Source: a virus. Taken from it: a stretch of DNA of 29,322 nt. Each line of letters opens with the position of its first letter. Position 1 is the first letter of the stretch. Positions 24,345 to 29,322 of the stretch are shown here, piece by piece. Both the position numbers and the translations under genes were made by a program. The stretch spans positions 1 through 29,322 of IMG/VR virus record IMGVR_UViG_3300029814_000010; one strand, given 5' to 3'. The notes beneath the pieces were generated by a model that saw only the letters and a list, made by a program, of their open reading frames with translations, ran no database searches and was not told the DNA's origin.

Positions 24345-24831
24345 CGTCCACCTCCTCAACTTCAATACCCTCGCAGTCGAATACCCAGCCGAAATTAGCT
24401 TCTTCTAGCTCTTTGCGGGTGTGTTGGGTTCTACGATGCCTCGTACCCGACGCCCAGAAAATTTCTTGAGTGTCTCTGCAAAGGAATTGAGGGTATCCGT
24501 TGTAACTTGCGCTTTTCATTTTGACTCTGTATTTCGTCTCTTCCTTCACCTCGTAGCCAAACTGGTGCATGTTGACGAGGGTTGTGATGGCTTTGTTCCT
24601 GCCAGTATGGTACATCCAGTATTTGAACTCGTCCCATTTCGTATCAGCCCAGCTTGTAAGATATGCCCAAATATCCTCATTTAAGTCATTCTTATGTTCC
24701 TCATACCAGTCCGCCACGACTTGCGATACTACTGGTTTAGGGAAAAATGAATCATATAGGTCTTCTGCGTGGGCTATTGATAGGCGCCCTGCTGTTGCTA
24801 GTTTCTGTACTGCTTCATCTTTATTCATCAT
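24331..24831 (-). CDS. Hypothetical phage protein (166 aa), possibly DUF1642-like
   Basis: ORF translationally coupled to its neighbours. The family guess rests only on size and context in streptococcal/lactococcal phages. Confidence 0.7.
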   Translation of the reverse strand: MMNKDEAVQKLATAGRLSIAHAEDLYDSFFPKPVVSQVVADWYEEHKNDLNEDIWAYLTSWADTKWDEFKYWMYHTGRNKAITTLVNMHQFGYEVKEETKYRVKMKSASYNGYPQFLCRDTQEIFWASGTRHRRTQHTRKELEEANFGWVFDCEGIEVEEVDDGND

Positions 24832-25040
24832 CGTTGGTTCTCCTTGTAAATGATTAAGGCTGAGGTGTGATAATATTCTGCACTAACATAATTATCTGCT
24901 ACCGCTGACACGTTCGATTGAAATTTAATGTCAATGATTTCTATTTCTGGGTGACATTTAATAAAATCGTTAATTAATTCATCGATTTCTTCGAAATTAT
25001 CAAGCCCTTGCGACACCTCCAAATATTTCGTTCTAACCAT
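24828..25040 (-). CDS. Small protein resembling the Cse60 family (70 aa)
   Basis: The EIDELINDFIKCHPEIEIIDIKFQ...TSALIIYK pattern resembles Cse60-type small proteins common in Firmicutes phages. Confidence 0.6.
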   Translation of the reverse strand: MVRTKYLEVSQGLDNFEEIDELINDFIKCHPEIEIIDIKFQSNVSAVADNYVSAEYYHTSALIIYKENQR

Positions 25041-25191
25041 CCGTTTGCTCCATTTCTACTCTATACATCCTTGAATTTCGATATTTAACACCTCTCAAAC
25101 GATGTAGCTCATTGATAGCGTCGTTCTTATCGTTGAAAACATGCACGCTGTCTTCCATGTTGTCGTAGTACACGATTACTTTATATTTCAT
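25033..25191 (-). CDS. Hypothetical 52-aa protein (not in ORF track)
   Basis: ATG at 25191 is preceded by GAGGAGG. It overlaps the upstream stop by 11 nt and the downstream start by 8 nt. The product is MKYKVIVYYDNMEDSVHVFNDKNDAINELHRLRGVKYRNSRMYRVEMEQTDG. Confidence 0.6.
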   Translation of the reverse strand: MKYKVIVYYDNMEDSVHVFNDKNDAINELHRLRGVKYRNSRMYRVEMEQTDG

Positions 25192-25399
25192 CTTCTACTT
25201 CCTCCTCGTAATAATCAATCTTTGCGAAATTCTTAGGGCTGATAGTAATCACCCTTTTTTCTGGCTCAATCTGCTGTAAATAAAGATAATTCACATCGCC
25301 GCTTTCAAGCCATTTCAGCATGTTCAGAATATATTTATAATCTTCTTCCACCTTGATAGTTTCATCCATGTATGGATTTTGCAGTCTAATATTTGTCAT
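25181..25399 (-). CDS. Hypothetical protein (72 aa), acidic C-terminus
   Basis: ORF with SD GGAAGGAGA and an ATGA overlap with the upstream small HTH ORF. Confidence 0.75.
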   Translation of the reverse strand: MTNIRLQNPYMDETIKVEEDYKYILNMLKWLESGDVNYLYLQQIEPEKRVITISPKNFAKIDYYEEEVEDEI

Positions 25400-25566
25400 A
25401 ATTCAACTAATCTCCTTCCTCTCTCCGTTGTTCTACGGGCATATACCGGCGTACCGTAGTAACCAACGGTGCTAGGTGAGACGCCTAGTTGCTCAGCTAT
25501 TTCACGCTTAGTTCCCATTGCCAGTAATTCCTCACCCTTATATAGCGCATATTCCTTTACTTGCAT
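25396..25566 (-). CDS. Small helix-turn-helix DNA-binding protein (56 aa; not in ORF track)
   Basis: My own translation is MQVKEYALYKGEELLAMGTKREIAEQLGVSPSTVGYYGTPVYARRTTERGRRLVEL. It has a classic HTH core (TKREIAEQLGVSPSTVGYY) and overlaps both neighbours. Confidence 0.65.
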   Translation of the reverse strand: MQVKEYALYKGEELLAMGTKREIAEQLGVSPSTVGYYGTPVYARRTTERGRRLVEL

Positions 25567-25793
25567 AATTCCATCATCCTTGCTAGTAATTCCTTGTCTG
25601 GTAACTGCTCCAGTGTTAGAATGCGATTTAATTTCTTGGCGTTAATGCCTAACTTCGCACTAATCAAATCCATATCCTTGCGGTTAGACCAAAACCACCT
25701 TGAAAATTCTTGCGTCTGATCTAATACGCTAGTATGCCCATAATTGCCCGGTGCATAGACCCCAACCAACTTGTCTTTATACCTGCTATTCAT
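25557..25793 (-). CDS. Hypothetical 78-aa protein with possible HTH
   Basis: I prefer ATG 25793 (SD GAAGGAA) over the TTG at 25808, which lies inside the RusA gene. LISAKLGINAKKLNRILT looks HTH-like. Confidence 0.7.
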   Translation of the reverse strand: MNSRYKDKLVGVYAPGNYGHTSVLDQTQEFSRWFWSNRKDMDLISAKLGINAKKLNRILTLEQLPDKELLARMMELCK

Positions 25794-25794
25794 T

Positions 25795-26187
25795 TCACAT
25801 TCCTTCAATGTCTAACACAATCTTAAATTTCCCAGACTCACCACTTAGCCCGCCATATTGAAACGACATCATTTTGATAACTTCGTGATTGTCGTCTGGC
25901 CACAAATTGGCATCCGTCAAGCCGTCTATAAGGGCTTTAACAGTAGGATATAGGTTCGGCGGGTCTAATCTTCGTCTGGTTGGTGCATAGACCGTGACAA
26001 TCACTTTACAAGGCTTATCTGGGCTATATACCGGCTTAATGTTAAGTCCTGCTTCTGCTCTTGCTATCAATCGCAGTTTCTTGACCATTCGCCCCTCTGC
26101 TTGATAGTGAAATCTGTCGTTACTGTTGATAACTAGATTTTGAGCAGGTTTAGCTTTTGACCTGGGTAATAGAAATTCTAGTTTCAT
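25795..26187 (-). CDS. rusA: RusA-like Holliday junction resolvase
   Basis: 130 aa. It has RRRLDPPNLYPTVKALIDGLTDANLWPDDNHEV (the D..N...K...D.L......DD pattern of RusA) and follows SSB in the recombination module. Confidence 0.6.
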   Translation of the reverse strand: MKLEFLLPRSKAKPAQNLVINSNDRFHYQAEGRMVKKLRLIARAEAGLNIKPVYSPDKPCKVIVTVYAPTRRRLDPPNLYPTVKALIDGLTDANLWPDDNHEVIKMMSFQYGGLSGESGKFKIVLDIEGM

Positions 26188-26198
26188 AGTTCACCTGT

Positions 26199-26702
26199 TT
26201 AGAATGGCAAATCATCATCACTGATTTCCATAGGGTTTGAGTTCCCGTAAGGCCCGCTATCCCTTGCAAAGTTTGGCCCTTGCTGTTGCGGTGCTTGCTG
26301 ACCGTAAGGCCCAGCGTAGCCGTTATCATTGCCAAACGCTCCCGATGTATTGCCTTGGTTTGCATTGCTGCCTTCACGAGCCGCACGGCTCTCCAACATT
26401 TGGAAGTTCTCAGCGACTACCTCGGTCACATACACTCTTTGGCCTTGCTGATTCTCATAGCTACGAGTCTGAATGCGTCCAGTAATACCAATCAAAACAC
26501 CTTTTTTAGCCCAGTTAGCCAAATTCTCAGCTTGCTGACGCCAAATAACGCAATTGATAAAATCTGCTTCACGCTCGCCGTTAGCGTCTTTGAAGTTGCG
26601 GTTAACAGCAAGGCTGAAAGATGCGACTGCTACATTGCTAGGCGTATAGCGTAGCTCTGGGTCTTTGGTTGTTCTTCCAACCAGCACGACATTATTGATC
26701 AT
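26199..26702 (-). CDS. ssb: Single-stranded DNA-binding protein
   Basis: An OB-fold N-terminus ([35 protein letters not shown]...[15 protein letters not shown]), a Gly/Gln/Pro-rich linker and the acidic tip DDDLPF. Confidence 0.95.
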   Translation of the reverse strand: MINNVVLVGRTTKDPELRYTPSNVAVASFSLAVNRNFKDANGEREADFINCVIWRQQAENLANWAKKGVLIGITGRIQTRSYENQQGQRVYVTEVVAENFQMLESRAAREGSNANQGNTSGAFGNDNGYAGPYGQQAPQQQGPNFARDSGPYGNSNPMEISDDDLPF

Positions 26703-27682
26703 TGATTTTCTCCTAGAATTTCATAATTAACAAAGTTGTCATCAAGTAATTTAGCGAATTGATGCCACTGTTGCTCACCGCCATGGAACGTAAGAGCAAG
26801 ATTGACCTTGTACGGCTCAGCAGGCTTGCTAGGTACTTCCTCGACTGGTTTAGTGTCTTCGATAACCTCACCAGTTTCAGCGTTGACTGCTTTGATTTCC
26901 TCGCTAGCTGACTGTTGAGCCATGGCTTCAATCTCTGCCAAGCGTGCCGCTTCTGCTTTCGCTTTGGCTTCTGCTTGCTGCTTACGCTCTACGGCTGTAT
27001 CACGGTCCTTTTTCATTTGTTTGAGGATTTCAACTAGAGGTGTATCATTCTGTAACGCTCTAGTGTATGGCTCAGCCAGTAGCTCATAGTCAAGGGCTTG
27101 TCCCTCAATCATGTTAAGGTTAGCCTTGTATTCTTCAAGACGGTCATACTCGGCCAATACAAGAGCGTCGATTTCTTCTTCTGTCGCTTTTTTGAGCTTC
27201 ATTTTCTTATCCATGAAATCACCGACTTTAGAAAAGCTCTCGTACTTGTCCTTGAATGTGTCCTTGTCTAGTCCGGCTAGCTCGCATTTGCTTTCAAAAA
27301 CTGATCTAACGTGGTCAATTCGCAGCATCTTTTTGTGTTCTTTGACTTCATCACGTTTAGCACGTAGTTTGTCAAGAAGTGCATTCAACGGCTCTAGTGA
27401 AGTCGCTAGTTTAGATTCAAACTCTGTGAGTGGATCTTTGTAGATTTTTCCGATTTCTTTACGTTTGTCATCGAGCTTGTCCCCAAGCCCTTTGAAACGG
27501 GTAATTTCTTTTAAGACTTGGTCATATTCAAGCTGCTCTAGTTGTTCGTCTGATAACTCGCTAACTGCCGCTTGGATAGCTGCATCGAATTTGTCAAAAT
27601 CAAAATTAATTGTTCCCGGCGTATAGATTGGTTCGATTGTTTCAAGAAAATTGTTTGTTACATCTTTCATGTCTAGTTTCAC
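26699..27682 (-). CDS. DUF1351-like recombination-module protein (327 aa, coiled-coil)
   Basis: Its size, long central coiled-coil and position between Erf and SSB match the Gram-positive siphovirus recombination module. Confidence 0.5.
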   Translation of the reverse strand: MKLDMKDVTNNFLETIEPIYTPGTINFDFDKFDAAIQAAVSELSDEQLEQLEYDQVLKEITRFKGLGDKLDDKRKEIGKIYKDPLTEFESKLATSLEPLNALLDKLRAKRDEVKEHKKMLRIDHVRSVFESKCELAGLDKDTFKDKYESFSKVGDFMDKKMKLKKATEEEIDALVLAEYDRLEEYKANLNMIEGQALDYELLAEPYTRALQNDTPLVEILKQMKKDRDTAVERKQQAEAKAKAEAARLAEIEAMAQQSASEEIKAVNAETGEVIEDTKPVEEVPSKPAEPYKVNLALTFHGGEQQWHQFAKLLDDNFVNYEILGENQ

Positions 27683-28371
27683 CTTCTTTTGTTGATTTCC
27701 CCTTGAATGTCGTTGACCACAATTTCAAGCCCAGGCACTAGCAACTCATGGAAATTTTTGAGTTTATATTTCTGTAAATAGTAGTTCCCGATAGCTTCAA
27801 AATCTTTGTTGCTTAACAAAGCCAACTCATTGATTTGTTGCATAATAAGGTCATGCTGATCGTTGCTAATGAAGTTAGGTTGTGGGTTGGTTTGTTGCTG
27901 GGGTTGTGCTTGCGGTTGCTTATTTTGATGCAGTTGAGGGTTGTGAGGTTGGTTTGGTCTCAAACTCTCCTCTGCCACTTCGAAGTGATCCACATCTTCC
28001 TCACCGATTGCAAAGAGTGCTTGTATGGCGTACTTGCCGGCGTATGATTGCACGGCTCCCACCCATTGCGGCTCGTTCATTTGTTTTAAATCACCGTTAC
28101 GAGTTTTCAAAATAGGTACCGGAGACAATTCTGCGAAAGCTACCGCTTGCTCTTTTTCCTCTCGGTTAGACGCCGTTGCAGTAGCTTTGACAAAAGTCTT
28201 GCCAGAAAATTCGACTAGATCATAGTTGACGACAATGCTCCAGTTCGATTTCAAACTTTTAAAAGCGTCGTAAATGTCCTCGACGTGCCTTGAAGCGTAC
28301 TTAGCTGTACCCTCTTTCTTTTTTTCAAGTTGCATTTTTTGCTGCAACTCCGTGAATGTCATTTCTTCCAT
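27679..28371 (-). CDS. erf: Erf-family single-strand annealing recombinase
   Basis: It shows the Erf core pattern: HVEDIYDAFKSL, FVKATATASN and QWVGAVQSYAGKYAIQALFAIGEEDVD. A Q/P-rich linker and a C-terminal domain follow. Confidence 0.8.
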   Translation of the reverse strand: MEEMTFTELQQKMQLEKKKEGTAKYASRHVEDIYDAFKSLKSNWSIVVNYDLVEFSGKTFVKATATASNREEKEQAVAFAELSPVPILKTRNGDLKQMNEPQWVGAVQSYAGKYAIQALFAIGEEDVDHFEVAEESLRPNQPHNPQLHQNKQPQAQPQQQTNPQPNFISNDQHDLIMQQINELALLSNKDFEAIGNYYLQKYKLKNFHELLVPGLEIVVNDIQGEINKRR

Positions 28372-28400
28372 GTCATATCCTTTTTATATGCCCCTAATTC

Positions 28401-28598
28401 TCAAATTTTGGGGGTTATTTGCCGTTTTCTGTCCTTCGACTTTTTTAGGTGCCAAAGCTCCCGTTTGAGCTTGTTGTTTTCGTGAGACAATGACAAGATT
28501 CTGTCTTGCTGACTATTGATAATCTCGCCTAGCTCACGCCCTAGATTCATGTACTTGTTACGCCATCGGTTTTCGGCGTTGTAAGTTTCTTGTTCCAT
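28401..28598 (-). CDS. Hypothetical small basic coiled-coil protein (65 aa)
   Basis: ORF in the same orientation as its neighbours. No family recognised. Confidence 0.6.
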   Translation of the reverse strand: MEQETYNAENRWRNKYMNLGRELGEIINSQQDRILSLSHENNKLKRELWHLKKSKDRKRQITPKI

Positions 28599-28632
28599 GT
28601 TTAATACCTACCCTCCCACCACTGCTAATTAT

Positions 28633-28953
28633 TTAATCAAGCAATGATTTCAAAAATGCTTTGATATCGTCTTTTGCAACTTCTTCACACGCTGTGCGTT
28701 CAAAGTCCGAACCGCCAGGTTTAGTTACATTGTATTCAGCTTCCACGATAAGCACTTCGCAGTCAAACGCTTCAGCAAGTTTGTCGATTTCAGTTTTTTG
28801 TTCTTCATATGGTTCAACTGGCAAGTATAGTGCGTCTCTCAAACGGTCAGTAAATGTTGCTTCGAAAACTAGAGTTTCTCTATCTTTGTAACTTTTAAGA
28901 AATCCATCTTTTTCAGCGTTGTAAAATACGACTTGTTTATTGTTTTCTTTCAT
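28633..28953 (-). CDS. Hypothetical protein (106 aa)
   Basis: I prefer ATG 28953 (MKENNKQ...) with AAAAGGGGA upstream. The track start at 28971 is a TTG. Confidence 0.7.
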   Translation of the reverse strand: MKENNKQVVFYNAEKDGFLKSYKDRETLVFEATFTDRLRDALYLPVEPYEEQKTEIDKLAEAFDCEVLIVEAEYNVTKPGGSDFERTACEEVAKDDIKAFLKSLLD

Positions 28954-29322
28954 GATTATTCCCCTTTTCAATTTCTAAAACCGTCTCAATAAATGTGAAG
29001 ACAGCTTGATATTTAGCGTAGATGCTAGGATTGTCCTTCTTGTGTGCCTCTTCGACCCTCTCTTTGAGTTCGTCGAGGGTGCCGAAGAAGCAGCCTGCGG
29101 TGATTAAATTTAAGTCTGGGTAATAAGCGATATTGCGGTTTTGATCACTAGTATTTAATTGGCATGAGATAATACGCAGGTTCCTAACATTGATGGTTGA
29201 CGCCCAGCGTAGGTCCGCAGAGCTTAGGTTCGCAAAGCTTAGGTCCGCAGAGCTTAGGTTCGCCCAGCGTAGGTCCGCAGAGCTTAGGTCCGCAGAGCTT
29301 AGGTCCGCAGAGCGTAGGTTCG
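28937..29322 (-). CDS. Pentapeptide-repeat protein, C-terminal 127 aa (5' end beyond window; absent from ORF track)
   Basis: My own translation has no stop from 29320 down to the TAA at 28937-28939. It reads NLRS ADLSS ADLSS ADLRW ANLSS ADLSF ANLSS ADLRW ASTINVRNLRIISCQLN..., then a ~70-aa non-repeat tail ending ...ETVLEIEKGNNHERKQ. The repeats fit the A(D/N)LXX consensus. Confidence 0.8.
   Translation of the reverse strand, partial: NLRSADLSSADLSSADLRWANLSSADLSFANLSSADLRWASTINVRNLRIISCQLNTSDQNRNIAYYPDLNLITAGCFFGTLDELKERVEEAHKKDNPSIYAKYQAVFTFIETVLEIEKGNNHERKQ
29201..29322 (-). repeat. 15-bp tandem DNA repeat (about 8 units in window) encoding the pentapeptide repeats
   Basis: The unit AGGTCCGCAGAGCTT and variants (AGGTTCGCAAAGCTT, AGGTTCGCCCAGCGT) repeat head-to-tail to the window edge. 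Confidence 0.9.

Larger units (their letters stand above)
262..29322 (-). mobile_element. Partial temperate siphovirus-like prophage (early recombination module through lysis cassette plus post-lysin cargo). The lysogeny module is not in the window.
   Basis: Unbroken co-oriented phage gene order Erf-SSB-RusA...ArpU-TerS-TerL-portal-capsid-tail-TMP-Dit-Tal-holin-lysin, with many overlapping stop/start codons. Confidence 0.9.

Noticed and set aside
1873-26386. Minus-strand alternative-frame ORFs nested in real genes (1873-2109, 3976-4266, 8729-8941, 10060-10287, 10758-10967, 11706-11891, 12951-13181, 16114-16614, 16627-16905, 17185-17370, 18999-19346, 19713-19898, 24431-24637, 26150-26386, 26713-26931)
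   Set aside because: Each lies wholly or mostly inside a longer ORF that has recognisable phage protein features. They have no SD and their composition is odd.
29201-29322. Short tandem repeats at the right edge, considered as a possible CRISPR array
   Set aside because: The period is 15 bp with no spacers, and the repeat is in-frame coding sequence for A(D/N)LXX pentapeptides. It is not a repeat-spacer architecture.
1-29322. Integrase, CI/Cro switch, attL/attR, toxin or superantigen genes, restriction-modification genes and transposases
   Set aside because: I looked for them and found none in this window. The lysogeny module presumably lies beyond the right edge, so prophage boundaries cannot be defined here.

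Overview
The window is almost entirely one partial temperate siphovirus-type prophage, with every credible gene on the minus strand. The host is a low-GC Gram-positive, most likely a Streptococcus. I infer this only from the look of the SSB, the phi-LC3-type holin, the CHAP+SH3b lysin and the ArpU regulator. Order in the phage transcription direction (right to left): (1) a partial pentapeptide-repeat protein that is missing from the ORF track; (2) a recombination module of Erf, a DUF1351-like protein, SSB and a RusA-like resolvase; (3) about 12 small accessory early genes, three of them below the ORF-track cutoff; (4) a 610-bp gene-free structured region carrying two tRNA-3'-end-like motifs; (5) an ArpU-type late regulator; (6) TerS, TerL, portal, gp7-like minor head protein, scaffold, major capsid and head-tail connectors; (7) major tail protein, a frameshifted chaperone pair, tape measure, Dit and a 1414-aa Tal/fibre; (8) a lysis block with two holins and a CHAP-SH3b endolysin. 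After three stacked terminators comes an autonomous two-gene cassette (111 aa + 183 aa) with a perfect consensus promoter and its own terminators. This post-lysin 'moron' cassette is my top candidate for an uncharacterised phage-host conflict system, possibly an anti-CRISPR or defence function. No integrase, repressor, att site, rRNA, complete tRNA or CRISPR array is visible. All family names come from motif and synteny recognition by eye. No searches or computations were run.
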